A stretch of 63,520 nucleotides of DNA, filler included, from Octopus bimaculoides (GCF_001194135.2; 3 parts of 3 records of this genome joined end to end with filler, not necessarily neighbours in it), one strand, 5' to 3'; numbered from the whole stretch's first letter, positions 23,569 through 36,605 are shown. The notes: a model not told the origin generated them from the letters alone. Made by a program: numbers and translations.

Positions 23569-23668
23569 NNNNNNNNNNNNNNNNNNNNNNNNNNNNNNNN
23601 NNNNNNNNNNNNTTAATTAATTAANNNNNNNNNNNNNNNNNNNNNNNNNNNNNNNNNNNNNNNNNNNN
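23569..23668. other. Assembly spacer N44-TTAATTAATTAA-N44
   Basis: Exactly 100 bp. The 12-mer is palindromic and puts stops in all six frames. An identical construct lies at 36448-36547. Confidence 0.9.
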
Positions 23669-23932
23669 GTGTGTGTGTGCGTGCCTACGTATATAATTGT
23701 GTGAGTATGACTGACAAGTTTCAGATCTAACAAGTCGCCTGTTAATGGTAGTCATGCAATCCAGTGCAATGTTTGCACTGTTGGACGTTTGTAACTTAAT
23801 CGGCGACACTAACACGCTTTCTCGGTGATGAACGCCAGCTTTTGGACACACTGCAAAACAAAACTTGGCGAAAAGCAGATGCATTCAATAATGAACTACC
23901 ATACAATTAATAAGTTTATACGCTTGGTTAAC

Positions 23933-24079
23933 TACAATCATAGCCAAAAGTTTGGGACAAAGGTCTGAACATTAGAGTTTTCATATAAAATGTTCAAACT
24001 TATATTTGGTCGGAGAGTATATTGGGCTATACAATTTTTAATTTTTGTAAAATGCTCCAAACTTTTGGCGATGACTGTA
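23933..24079. mobile_element. Tc1-type MITE
   Basis: TIRs TACAATCATAGCCAAAAGTTTGG and TCCAAACTTTTGGCGATGACTGTA, with TA ends. Confidence 0.8.
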
Positions 24080-24354
24080 TGCTAACCTTGCCTAGTTATG
24101 CAAGGGCTTGTCTCCATATGCAGGTGGAGACAAGATCCGGTGGCGACTGCGGAAGAAAAGCTTCATGGTTCAACAGGCGGCAGCAGCAAATCATTGCTGA
24201 GTGCAAAAGTAAGAAGAGGCGAATAAGACATCTTGGTCATGCATCGCTTCCACTTCCATCTCCAGCCGTCTTCATGCAGCCTTGTTCCTGTATCCAAGGT
24301 GGTTACGGACAAGAAAGCCAGGTTAACGGTGTGCTTTTCTTCTTTACTTCAAAG

Positions 24355-24570
24355 TATTTATTCTCAATCATCTTTTGCCCATGCCCTGTTCTGGCCCATA
24401 TTTTATTCTATTGGGCCTCCAGAGCCATTAACTGTATATTTAAAAATAAGTATTATTTAGGAATTATAAAAAATAAATTATATATTTTGTGTATTGTAGA
24501 ATTATAACCAATTTATTGCAAATACAATTTAACAACAAAATCTTATATGGACCCTGGTTGAGAACCACTG
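24355..24570. mobile_element. hAT-type MITE copy 1 (left TIR eroded)
   Basis: It ends GGTTGAGAACCACTG, and its body is homologous to 24635-24897. Confidence 0.65.
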
Positions 24571-24634
24571 CTCAGTACGGTCACTCAGTCTGCTAGAAAT
24601 AACAGTCATATTTCTCTCCAATCACAGTTTACAT

Positions 24635-24897
24635 CAGCGGTTCTCAACAATATTTTTGCCCATTGACACATTCATCTCCCATTTTACTCCACTGGACCTC
24701 CATAGCCATTCACTGCATATATACAAAAAATCTTACTGTATTTTCAAAATTAAATATTATTTGGAATTATATAAAAAAATTTAATATTTTGTGTATTGTA
24801 GGAGTATAAGCGATTAAGCCCTGATAAATTTTAACATCTTATATGGACACCCAAGGACCTTATATGGACAACCAAAAACCCCGGATGAGAACCATTG
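24635..24897. mobile_element. hAT-type MITE copy 2
   Basis: TIRs CAGCGGTTCTCAAC and GATGAGAACCATTG. Flanks GTTTACAT / CTTTAAAG could be an eroded 8-bp TSD. Confidence 0.75.
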
Positions 24898-24999
24898 CTT
24901 TAAAGAAAGTCACTGCGCGATTCATCAGTCATCTTGATAATGAGAAAACGGTCGCCTTTCATTCGACCAACGAACATGTATGTACGTTCAGGTGTATAT

Positions 25000-25603
25000 A
25001 AATGTATGTTAACATAAGTACGGAAAGAAGGCGACTAGATGTGTTTGAGATGAGATTTTTGAGGGCTATGGTTGGTGTGACACGGATGGACAGGATGAGA
25101 AATGAGGAGGTGCAAAGACGAGCAAGAATGAGAGAAAAACTAACAACCAAAATGGATAGACGAATGTTGAGGTGGTTTGGCCACATGGAGAGGATGGATG
25201 AGGAGCGGATGGTAAGGAGGGTGATGAAGGCAGAAGTAGTAGGTAGCAGAACCAGAGGCAGACCTCGGTTTGTATGGATGGATGGAGTGAGAAAAGCTTT
25301 GGTGGTTGGTTAAAGGTGTTGGAGTGAGAGAGGCAAGAGAGTTTATAAATGATAGGAAAGCTTGGAGAGTGTTTGTGTACGGATGAGTGAATTCTGATGA
25401 TGCTCAAAGGGGTACGAAACTAGCATGACGCTGGTAAAACAGCATATGCTGCCGGACCCCGCTGCTGATATTAGGGATTGCGTTCTATGCCTTGACCCGA
25501 GTATAAGACAGGGCTCGCCTCTTTGAGCTGGAAAACGACTGGAATGCCTGGTGTGTGTCTTGTTGTGGCTACCCCTCCTGAAACAAAGGGGAATTGTCCT
25601 GGG

Positions 25604-25635
<32 letters not shown>

Positions 25636-25776
25636 TGTACGTATGTATGTATGTATGTATGTACGTATGTATGTATGTACGTATGTATGTACGTACGTAT
25701 GTACGTACGTATGTACGTACGTATGTATGTATGCATGTTTGTATGTATGTATGTACGTATGTATGTACGTATGTAT
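25000..25776 (+). mobile_element. RTE-type LINE 3' end with 3' UTR and (TATG)n tail
   Basis: LDVFEMRFLRAMVGVTRMDRMRNEEV...MLRWFGHMERMDEERMVRRV...RTRGRPRFVWMDGV*. The UTR has a CCCCT/AGGGG stem near 25572-25591, and the tail runs 25606-25776. Confidence 0.9.
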
Positions 25777-26122
25777 ACCAACCCACATAGAGAAACACTC
25801 ACACTTTAATCCGACAGTATTTGTCATCTCTTGCCGTCTTCAATATGTTTGCTGCTTGCAAATTTAACAGCTTCAGACATTTAGAGATACATCTCATATT
25901 TCATTAAGTGCTTGTCACCATAAATTTGTAAGTTCAAGTGATTTTCCGCTGTTTTTTTCCTCGAGCGCAAATTAAAGCACAGATTTATTGAAAACGTAAT
26001 CAGACGGTGCACCTCTCACTGCNNNNNNNNNNNNNNNNNNNNNNNNNNNNNNNNNNNNNNNNNNNNNNNNNNNNNNNNNNNNNNNNNNNNNNNNNNNNNN
26101 NNNNNNNNNNNNNNNNNNNNNN

Positions 26123-26237
26123 GGTCGGCCCGAGGCTATAGTATAACACACTTGCCCAATGTGCCACGCAGTGGGACTGAACCCGGAACCATGGTGGTTG
26201 GTAAACAAGCTACTTACCACAAAACTACTCCCGCGCC
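26123..26237 (-). mobile_element. SINE family A, 5' part (rest in gap or absent)
   Basis: Head and B box match the other copies. Confidence 0.9.
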
Positions 26238-27151
26238 TAATATATTATATGATTATAGTCTTTCGTATTCCGTGAAAGACAATGCTCCAATTATTTGTTG
26301 AACAATGTGTCACACATACAACACAATATATTTCATAGCTAGCAAAATTGTGAAAATGCAAGCTATGCAACATTCTGTTTCGTAGTTTTTCTCACCCCGT
26401 GGCAAACGTGACAGTTCGTCAGATACTACGAGAACCTCAATCACCAACTGACCTGACGTGTATCGTCCCACTTTCAAATGAACCAACAAAAACAACACAG
26501 TATTATAGGTTTAACTAATTGTATGAAACGAACGCGTAATTAATCGTAATTGCAATGTAATTAGTGCAATGAGTGATTTGTTGTGGCTAATTACTGTTGT
26601 AAACATCAGAAACATTATTATCAATATTTCTCTAATTACGACTATCATTAATAGTATTATTTTCTATTATTTTGTTTTCGTTTTGTTAATGTATTATTTA
26701 TTATTATTATCATTGTTATTATTATTATTATCAGTATTATTATTATCATTATTATTAATTTGTTTGTTTGCGCGATAGAAATTAGATTGTCGAATGCTTC
26801 AATGTATTTCTGATAGCTTTTCTAAATGACTAATTAATTAGCGATGTTTTTTTTTTTTTTTTTTTTTTTTGCTTAAATTATATTATTGTTATTATAGCTA
26901 CAATTATTGAGGAATATTATAAATCTTTTGCCGAAGGGAGTAAGAAATTCGATCTTAATATATAGGTAAGATTTTTTCCCACCGTTTATCTATTGTATAT
27001 TCATTAATACCTGTGTGTATTTTGGTATTTTGATAGTACGGATCTCTGATCGACTTCTTGGCATATATAGCGTAAATTCCATCCCTAACATACATCGATT
27101 CACATTTTCCCGTTTATCGATTTCGTAATTAAGCATGGACGAAGCAGGATG

Positions 27152-27730
27152 TTTACTCTTTTACTTGTTTCAGTCATTTGACTGCGGCCATGCTGGAGCA
27201 CCGCCTTTAGTCGAGCAAATCGACCCCAGGACTTATGCTTTAGAAGCCTAGTACTTATTCCATCGGTCTCTNNNNNNNNNNNNNNNNNNNNNNNNNNNNN
27301 NNNNNNNNNNNNNNNNNNNNNNNNNNNNNNNNNNNNNNNNNNNNNNNNNNNNNNNNNNNNNNNNNNNNNNNNNNNNNNNNNNNNNNNNNNNNNNNNNNNN
27401 NNNNNNNNNNNNNNNNNNNNNNNNNNNNNNNNNNNNNNNNNNNNNNNNNNNNNNNNNNNNNNNNNNNNNNNNNNNNNNNNNNNNNNNNNNNNNNNNNNNN
27501 NNNNNNNNNNNNNNNNNNNNNNNATATATATATATATAGATATATATACATATATATATATATATATACAACGGGCTTCTTTCAAATTCCGTCTACCAAA
27601 TCCACTCACAAGGCTATGGTCGGCCCGAGGCTATAGTAGAAGACACTTGCCCAAGGTACCACGCAGAGGGAATGAACCTAGAACCATGTGATTGGTAAGC
27701 AAGCTACTTACCACACAGCCACTCCTGTGC
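27152..27730 (-). mobile_element. SINE family A spanning a gap at its internal microsatellite
   Basis: The 3' half at 27152-27271 and the 5' half at 27570-27730 are in the same orientation. Confidence 0.92.
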
Positions 27731-27859
27731 TTATATAATAAATAAGGACATTGTAAAGACTTAGTATTCGTTGATTAAAGAAGACTTGAGAAGTTTATGT
27801 GTTAACATATCCGTGGTTGAATTTGGCCCCAGACTTATAGGTGCTGGTACACTAGTGTG

Positions 27860-28215
27860 CCATGATGGTAAGAAAAAAATAGAAGTTAGACTCGCTGTCT
27901 TCGATTTGGTATTCGTATCTACTCTGACCTATGGCCGTGAATGCTATATAATGATTGAAATATGATCGCAAAAACAAGCGACCAAGCTTGGGTTTCTCCG
28001 AAGTATTTCTGGAGTTATGTTACTCGATAGGGTGTGTAGCTCAGAGATCATGGAGATTCTCCAGATCGAACCGCTAATTCTCCACATTGAGAGGTCACAG
28101 ATGTGGTACTACAGACATGGGATTAGAACGTCACAGGAAACAATCGCAAAAAGGATTCTTCGAGCGCGGTCAACCAACAGGTGACCTACGAGTTGAACAA
28201 GAACGAGATGGGTGG
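27860..28215 (+). mobile_element. RTE-type LINE 3' fragment (degenerate)
   Basis: RLAVFDLVFVSTLTYGREC...KLGFLRSISGVMLLDRVCSSEI...IERSQMWYYRH matches the RTE C-terminal pattern. Confidence 0.75.
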
Positions 28216-28269
28216 CTAATATTTATAGATTTTGATGATCCCGTTTGGAAATAAATAAATTAAATAGAT

Positions 28270-28511
28270 ATTGCCTTCTCGAGCTCTGCCAGGTTCATGG
28301 GGGCAAGTTTTCCGGTTTCAAAGGCATATATCTTCCCCACATGAACGGGACGCCGGTCCGTCGCACGATTATTCATTTTTGCCAGCTGAGCGGACTGGAG
28401 TAACGTAAAATGAAGTGTTTTGCTCAAGAACACAACGCGTTGCCCGGTCCAGAAATCGAAACCACAATCTTGCGATCATGAGTCCAACACCCTAACCACT
28501 AAGCCACGTGC
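28270..28511 (-). mobile_element. tRNA-derived SINE family C (CORE-like and V-like segments)
   Basis: Minus strand: GCACGTGGCTTAGTGGTTAGGG (A box), GGTTTCGATTTCT (B box), TGTGTTCTTGAGCAAAACACTTC (CORE-like) and GCGACGGACCGGCGTCCCGTTC. Confidence 0.85.
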
Positions 28512-28513
28512 GA

Positions 28514-28580
28514 GTCAAAGGCGGTGCTCCAGCATGGGTGCAGTCAAAATGACTGAAACAAGTGAAAGAATAAAAGAATA
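28514..28580 (+). mobile_element. SINE family A, 3' tail only
   Basis: AAAGGCGGTGCTCCAGCATGGGTGCAGTCAAAATGACTGAAACAAGTGAAAGAATAAAAGAAT. Confidence 0.85.
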
Positions 28581-29719
28581 ATTTCAAATATGTTTTCTCA
28601 TCATAAATTGACGAATGTTGCAAAAAAAAAAACAACACAAAAAAAAAAAGAANNNNNNNNNNNNNNNNNNNNNNNNNNNNNNNNNNNNNNNNNNNNNNNN
28701 NNNNNNNNNNNNNNNNNNNNNNNNNNNNNNNNNNNNNNNNNNNNNNNNNNNNNNNNNNNNNNNNNNNNNNNNNNNNNNNNNNNNNNNNNNNNNNNNNNNN
28801 NNNNNNNNNNNNNNNNNNNNNNNNNNNNNNNNNNNNNNNNNNNNNNNNNNNNNNNNNNNNNNNNNNNNNNNNNNNNNNNNNNNNNNNNNNNNNNNNNNNN
28901 NNNNNNNNNNNNNNNNNNNNNNNNNNNNNNNNNNNNNNNNNNNNNNNNNNNNNNNNNNNNNNNNNNNNNNNNNNNNNNNNNNNNNNNNNNNNNNNNNNNN
29001 NNNNNNNNNNNNNNNNNNNNNNNNNNNNNNNNNNNNNNNNNNNNNNNNNNNNNNNNNNNNNNNNNNNNNNNNNNNNNNNNNNNNNNNNNNNNNNNNNNNN
29101 NNNNNNNNNNNNNNNNNNNNNNNNNNNNNNNNNNNNNNNNNNNNNNNNNATATATATATATATATATAAAATTTCAAGAGAGAATTCTTCGTACAGTCGC
29201 AAAGGTTGAAGATTGATTTTAGATGAAACATGTCTATATTAAAAAAAGAAAAAAACAAAACAAACTCACTCAGACTACAAGAAAGTTTTTGTATTAGTTG
29301 AGCGCTGCTTTCGCATTTCTGAACTTTTCAAACACACGTACTGTAGAGCAATCCACATGGGGGAAGTGATATTTAGTTGCAGTGTTGATATTTTGTGGTG
29401 TATTTTCAGATTTAGAATTTTTATAACAGTATTTCTCTTTTGCCTTTCGTATTTCATCGTTTACCACCGCTTATAGATTATAATTTATCTGGTAATTTGT
29501 TATATTAGTTTGCACTTGAGACATAAATTACAATATGCGATTGCTTGTTATCAAGATTCAATAAACATTTACAAAAATTATATTTATTATCTGTGTAATG
29601 TTGTTTCTTCTTCATACTTTATACATTTTTCGTAGACTTAGTTCACCGAAGACCAACTTTTCTTAAACTGAGAATTAACTAATATTGATTTTTTTTAAAT
29701 AGCATATAGTTAACCAACT

Positions 29720-29822
29720 AAAACCAAATAGCGGTCTTGGATTAGTGTCTAGAGGTAGTGAGTTCGATTCCCAGACCAAGCTGCGGGTTGTATTTCTGAG
29801 CAACACTTTTCACGTTGCTCCT
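29720..29822 (+). mobile_element. SINE family C, degenerate 5' part
   Basis: GAGTTCGATTCCCAGACC B box followed by TTTCTGAGCAACAC..TTCACGTTGCTCC. Confidence 0.55.
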
Positions 29823-29887
29823 GTATGTGTGTGTGTACGTGTGCATGTATGCATGCATCTATGTATGTATGTGTGTGTATGTATTTA

Positions 29888-29925
<38 letters not shown>

Positions 29926-30119
29926 GATTCTCCTGCCGTAAATGAATGCTGAAGATTTAGCAATTTCTTGCTGAACAAGATTTGTTTATGGTAATCAAAT
30001 GTTCGTGCTCTCTCTGTGTCTTTATCAATTTATTTATCTATCTATACACCTATACATACATACAGACATACATGCATCCATGCACACATACGTTCATGCA
30101 TACACACCATCGATAGAAT

Positions 30120-30266
30120 AGACGTTGTCTGCATGGGGTACCAGACGTCTGATGTCAAACTGATCGTAAAGCGAACCTGAGAAGTAATGTCTTTTTCAAG
30201 AACACAATGGAATTGAAATAATAATCTCGCAATAACGAGTGCGACTCGCTAACCACTAGGCCATGC
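30120..30266 (-). mobile_element. SINE family C, degenerate
   Basis: CTAACCACTAGGCCATGC head complement and TCAAGAACACAA CORE-like complement. Confidence 0.5.
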
Positions 30267-30366
30267 GTATGGATGTATTTGTGTATGCGATGGTATGTAA
30301 TATAACGCATATTTACTTTCTCTTTCTCTCTCTCACTATAAATATATATAAATATATACATAGATA

Positions 30367-30414
<48 letters not shown>

Positions 30415-30578
30415 CGATTGTGTGTATGTATGTACGCATGTATGTATGTAATGGAACACAACAGCTTAATTTAGCGGTAACGCATTTAATTCACCGAGCG
30501 TTAAATATGTTAGCACTAACTAAATGTTTGTTTTTCACGAAGATGTTATTCATCTGTGAAACATTTCCATCAAATTAA

Positions 30579-30626
<48 letters not shown>

Positions 30627-31330
30627 GGGCGTATATTCCTTTTATTTTCTATTACAACATGCGCCATATTTAGACGATTAGATTACACTAGAAATTTCAT
30701 TAAATTCTTAAATTAATTATTTCTGTTCCATGTGTTATAAATCAATTTCTTATAGCATTGTAATACCTACGGTTCTCAATACATCTTTTCAAAAAGGTAG
30801 AGCAGATGATGCTGTCACTGCTGCTGCTGCAGTTGATATTGTTATTGTTGTTGTTTGGTCTTATGTCAGCCATATTGTGTAGACCTGTCAACAAAACATG
30901 GTGTAGACCTATCAAGATAAACGAGTTACTCTTCTACGGGTTTCCTTCATGAAATTGCGGTAATGTTGGCGCATGGCTTTGAAGAGTTTTCTGAAACGAA
31001 TCTTCCTCAGTATTTCTTTACTTTTTTTCTCTTCTTTTTCGAAAAATCTGGTACTTATAACGTTCTCTTTCACTAAAGCGTTAAGATACACAGTCGTGAG
31101 CAAACTCACATCGGTTGTTAAGTGTGAAGGGGTGAAAGACAGAGAACATGTACACACATACATATAACAAATACACATGTATATCATCCAATTTATCTAT
31201 CTATCTATGTAGCTGACTGTTTGTCTATCTATGTATCTATTTATTTATCTATCTATCTATCTATCTGCTTGTCTATCTCTGTTTATCTAACTATATACTA
31301 ATATAGTATATACACACGCACGCACACATG

Positions 31331-31372
<42 letters not shown>

Positions 31373-31485
31373 NNNNNNNNNNNNNNNNNNNNNNNNNNNN
31401 NNNNNNNNNNNNNNNNNNNNNNNNNNNNNNNNNNNNNNNNNNNNNNNNNNNNNNNNNNNNNNNNNNNNNNNNNNNNNNNNNNNNN

Positions 31486-31517
<32 letters not shown>

Positions 31518-31767
31518 ATGTATCTATCTATCTATACATCTAAGCCTGTCTCTGTGTGTTTTTGTTTACTGATGGTAAAAACGCGTTGTATATAAAAGCC
31601 ATAACATTTATTCGATAAATTAAAAATCGATAAATAATTACCTACTCAGAAAAAAAAAAATCCTGGGGCGGAGGGCGTTCTAATCGGCTACAAAAACATT
31701 TCCGTCAAAACAGCACCACCGCCCAACTGAATATTCACACTTGAAAGACTGAAATTGCAATACATGT

Positions 31768-31801
<34 letters not shown>

Positions 31802-32059
31802 TTATATATACTCACACATTCTTCTACTATTCGGAACTTCAATAATGTATGAGATGTAAGTCATTATTGCTTTCGTACAATATCAACCATTTACTAGCGT
31901 TCAAAAGCGTCGTGTACCGCATTTGCACTAATGGATGGAAACCATAAATTGTAAAAGAAAGCCGTGTTACATTTTCTTAAGTATTTCACAGAGAAGATAA
32001 AAGTAAATCCTTTAAACGGCGAGAGGGACAGAAAGAAGAACGATGAAGACGATTATGAT

Positions 32060-32454
32060 GACGATGATGATGATGCCGCCGATGGTAACCACACTACTAC
32101 TACTACTACTACTACTACTAATACTAATAATAAAAATAATTAAAAGTTGTGATGATGATGATGATGATAATAATAATAATCCCTTCTACTGAAGGCACAA
32201 GGCCTGAAATTTGTAGGGAAGGGGGATAGTCGATTACATCGACCCCCAGTAGACAACGGGCGCTTCATCTATCGACCCTGAAACGATGAAAGGCAAAGTC
32301 GAACTCGGCGATCAATAATAACAATATATATTCATTATGATGATGAGGATGAAGATGATGATGATGATGATGATGAAGATGATGACCATAAAGATAAGCA
32401 ATAATAAGGATAATAATAATGATAAAAATAATAATAATAAAATTAATAATAATA

Positions 32455-32494
<40 letters not shown>

Positions 32495-32678
32495 CAACAG
32501 TAATAATAATACTGATAATATTTATAACAGCATAAGTAATAATAAAAATAGTAATATAATATTAATCATAATAATACTATAAATAATGATACTAACTATA
32601 ATAATAATAATAATAATAATAATGATGATGATAATAATAATAATAATAATGAAATTAATAATACTGATGATAATAATG

Positions 32679-32725
<47 letters not shown>

Positions 32726-32780
32726 AATAATATCAATATGAACAACAACAACAAGAATAACGAACGACAAGAACAACAAC

Positions 32781-32821
<41 letters not shown>

Positions 32822-32822
32822 T
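32060..32822. repeat. Compound (GAT)/(TAC)/(AAT) trinucleotide region
   Basis: Directly visible. Confidence 0.9.
32178..32310 (-). mobile_element. SINE family B, 3' part with (ATT)n tail
   Basis: GCACAAGGCCTGAAATTT...GTCGATTACATCGACCCCAG...TATCGACCCTGAAACGATGAAAGGCAAAGTCGA. Confidence 0.85.
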
Positions 32823-33222
32823 GCTTCAAAGCCACGAAACCATAAAACCATATTATGTAGTGAATTACAGACGTTGCAAAGGAAAATATACATATTTATT
32901 TGTAAACATTATTAAATTTATTAACGAAAAATATAAGCAAATTGATTGTACAACAGGTTCTAGGTGTGAATAGGAACGATAAAACAGAATGTTAATGCGC
33001 TTACGCATGCGCATGTACATGGATTCGTAGGTGCGCGTACACACACACGCTTAAGCACACACACACACACACACAAGTATAAGGCTTATATCGACTTGTA
33101 TGTGTGTATATGCATATGTAGACAAACAGACACACACATACACACGTGCATACACATACTGACAAACATATAACTATCTACATATTGATATATTCACATA
33201 CACAATTAAATAAATATATATT

Positions 33223-33272
<50 letters not shown>

Positions 33273-34078
33273 CGTACATGTATAGATGTATATATTTATA
33301 TGTGTGTGTGTATGTATGAATATATATATATATACATATGTGTGTGTGTGTATATATATACTTGAATATATGTATATATACAAACAGTTATANNNNNNNN
33401 NNNNNNNNNNNNNNNNNNNNNNNNNNNNNNNNNNNNNNNNNNNNNNNNNNNNNNNNNNNNNNNNNNNNNNNNNNNNNNNNNNNNNNNNNNNNNNNNNNNN
33501 NNNNNNNNNNNNNNNNNNNNNNNNNNNNNNNNNNNNNNNNNNNNNNNNNNNNNNNNNNNNNNNNNNNNNNNNNNNNNNNNNNNNNNNNNNNNNNNNNNNN
33601 NNNNNNNNNNNNNNNNNNNNNNNNNNNNNNNNNNNNNNNNNNNNNNNNNNNNNNNNNNNNNNNNNNNNNNNNNNNNNNNNNNNNNNNNNNNNNNNNNNNN
33701 NNNNNNNNNNNNNNNNNNNNNNNNNNNNNNNNNNNNNNNNNNNNNNNNNNNNNNNNNNNNNNNNNNNNNNNNNNNNNNNNNNNNNNNNNNNNNNNNNNNN
33801 NNNNNNNNNNNNNNNNNNNNNNNNNNNNNNNNNNNNNNNNNNNNNNNNNNNNNNNNNNNNNNNNNNNNNNNNNNNNNNNNNNNNNNNNNNNNNNNNNNNN
33901 NNNNNNNNNNNNNNNNNNNNNNNNNNNNNNNNNNNNNNNNNNNNNNNNNNNNNNNNNNNNNNNNNNNNNNNNNNNNNNNNNNNNNNNNNNNNNNNNNNNN
34001 NNNNNNNNNNNNNNNNNNNNNNNNNNNNNNNNNNNNNNNNNNNNNNNNNNNNNNNNNNNNNNNNNNNNNNNNNNNNNN

Positions 34079-34143
<65 letters not shown>

Positions 34144-34546
34144 AGCACACATAAACACACACACACATAAACACACACACTTTTAGAATATTAAAGGGTT
34201 TGTTCTAAGAGTAGCTATTAAAGCCGTAATGAATTGATATTTACGACGTCAACTAAATTAAATGTTTCATTTGATAGCAACATGGTATTGCATCGTATTT
34301 CTTTCTTGTTGCTTTTAGTATTTTTTTTTTTACATTTATATTTCAGAGCATATATAACGTAGCTCACGAACACACGTATACGCATACAGTCTGACACACC
34401 ACTACATACACGTACAGTCATACACGTATATACACACACACACCTACAAACACGCACACACACCTGTATTTTATCATCAATTGAAAACTTGCTCTGCAAT
34501 CAAGGTAAATTTCAAAGTAGCTTAGGAAATAGGTGTGTCTGCGTGA

Positions 34547-34599
<53 letters not shown>

Positions 34600-36113
34600 T
34601 GNNNNNNNNNNNNNNNNNNNNNNNNNNNNNNNNNNNNNNNNNNNNNNNNNNNNNNNNNNNNNNNNNNNNNNNNNNNNNNNNNNNNNNNNNNNNNNNNNNN
34701 NNNNNNNNNNNNNNNNNNNNNNNNNNNNNNNNNNNNNNNNNNNNNNNNNNNNNNNNNNNNNNNNNNNNNNNNNNNNNNNNNNNNNNNNNNNNNNNNNNNN
34801 NNNNNNNNNNNNNNNNNNNNNNNNNNNNNNNNNNNNNNNNNNNNNNNNNNNNNNNNNNNNNNNNNNNNNNNNNNNNNNNNNNNNNNNNNNNNNNNNNNNN
34901 NNNNNNNNNNNNNNNNNNNNNNNNNNNNNNNNNNNNNNNNNNNNNNNNNNNNNNNNNNNNNNNNNNNNNNNNNNNNNNNNNNNNNNNNNNNNNNNNNNNN
35001 NNNNNNNNNNNNNNNNNNNNNNNNNNNNNNNNNNNNNNNNNNNNNNNNNNNNNNNNNNNNNNNNNNNNNNNNNNNNNNNNNNNNNNNNNNNNNNNNNNNN
35101 NNNNNNNNNNNNNNNNNNNNNNNNNNNNNNNNNNNNNNNNNNNNNNNNNNNNNNNNNNNNNNNNNNNNNNNNNNNNNNNNNNNNNNNNNNNNNNNNNNNN
35201 NNNNNNNNNNNNNNNNNNNNNNNNNNNNNNNNNNNNNNNNNNNNNNNNNNNNNNNNNNNNNNNNNNNNNNNNNNNNNNNNNNNNNNNNNNNNNNNNNNNN
35301 NNNNNNNNNNNNNNNNNNNNNNNNNNNNNNNNNNNNNNNNNNNNNNNNNNNNNNNNNNNNNNNNNNNNNNNNNNNNNNNNNNNNNNNNNNNNNNNNNNNN
35401 NNNNNNNNNNNNNNNNNNNNNNNNNNNNNNNNNNNNNNNNNNNNNNNNNNNNNNNNNNNNNNNNNNNNNNNNNNNNNNNNNNNNNNNNNNNNNNNNNNNN
35501 NNNNNNNNNNNNNNNNNNNGTGTGTGTGTGTGTGTGAGTGAGTTTGTGTGTGCGCGCGCGTGATTTTCCAGACCCAGTCGCTCACACACGCACAAACACA
35601 GATAACCACATATATATATATATAAATATATATATATATAACATCTCTCTTAATATATATATATGCAATATAATATGTGACAATTATTCGGTTGCCATAA
35701 TAAGACTCCGAGTTTCGGATGTCGGTGCTAAAACCTGCTCCGGCATCTCGCCAGTTATCGAGGCATTCAAAATATATGAGTTAGACAGTATTATTTGTTA
35801 ATATCATACAACATTGCATATTTTGGTCAGTGTTTCAAATTCTTTACGTGACAGTGAGCCACAGTTGATCTGCTAGAAATAGCAGCGTGACATATATTCC
35901 TTCCATCACATTGTCACGCGTGAAAATATTAAAAGTTCTATTGAATAACAAGATAATATTATCCGAAATACAATATTCCTAAAAGACAGAACTATATAAG
36001 ATTAATAAAAGCGTGGTACCGAGTGCAGACGATAAGATATACGGAATCATGGGTAAAACAGACACAATGGACGTAGATTTGCTCAATTCCTCGTGAATTA
36101 TTGACCAAATACA

Positions 36114-36264
36114 GGCGCAGGAGTGGCTGTGTGGTTAAGTGGCTTACTTAGCAATATCACATGGTTCCGGGTTCATGGGCATGTGTGTCTTCTACTATAG
36201 CCTCGGGCCGACAAAAGTCTTGTGAGTGGATTCGGTAGACGGAAACTGAAAGAAGCCTGTCGTA
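36114..36264 (+). mobile_element. SINE family A, 5' half only
   Basis: GGCGCAGGAGTGGCTGTGTGG...GGAAACTGAAAGAAGCCTGTCG, ending at the (TA)n tract. Confidence 0.88.
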
Positions 36265-36408
36265 CATATATATATATATATATTTACCCCCATGCAAGCA
36301 ACTATGTATTCATCCTACCATTCATTAGAACCAATCAATATACCAATCTATCCGCCCCATGTGTATGCATACCAGTTTCTATATTCATAGTTCATTTCAG
36401 TCTTTCCA

Positions 36409-36447
<39 letters not shown>

Positions 36448-36547
36448 NNNNNNNNNNNNNNNNNNNNNNNNNNNNNNNNNNNNNNNNNNNNTTAATTAAT
36501 TAANNNNNNNNNNNNNNNNNNNNNNNNNNNNNNNNNNNNNNNNNNNN
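36448..36547. other. Assembly spacer N44-TTAATTAATTAA-N44
   Basis: Identical to 23569-23668. Confidence 0.9.
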
Positions 36548-36605
36548 ATACGTACATACATACATATATATTTAGACATACATATTATATACATATACAT
36601 GCATA

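Noticed and set aside
30912-31130. Minus-strand ORF with an RT-like stretch (EILRK..KLFKAMRQHY)
   Set aside because: No diagnostic motif. At most ancient LINE debris.
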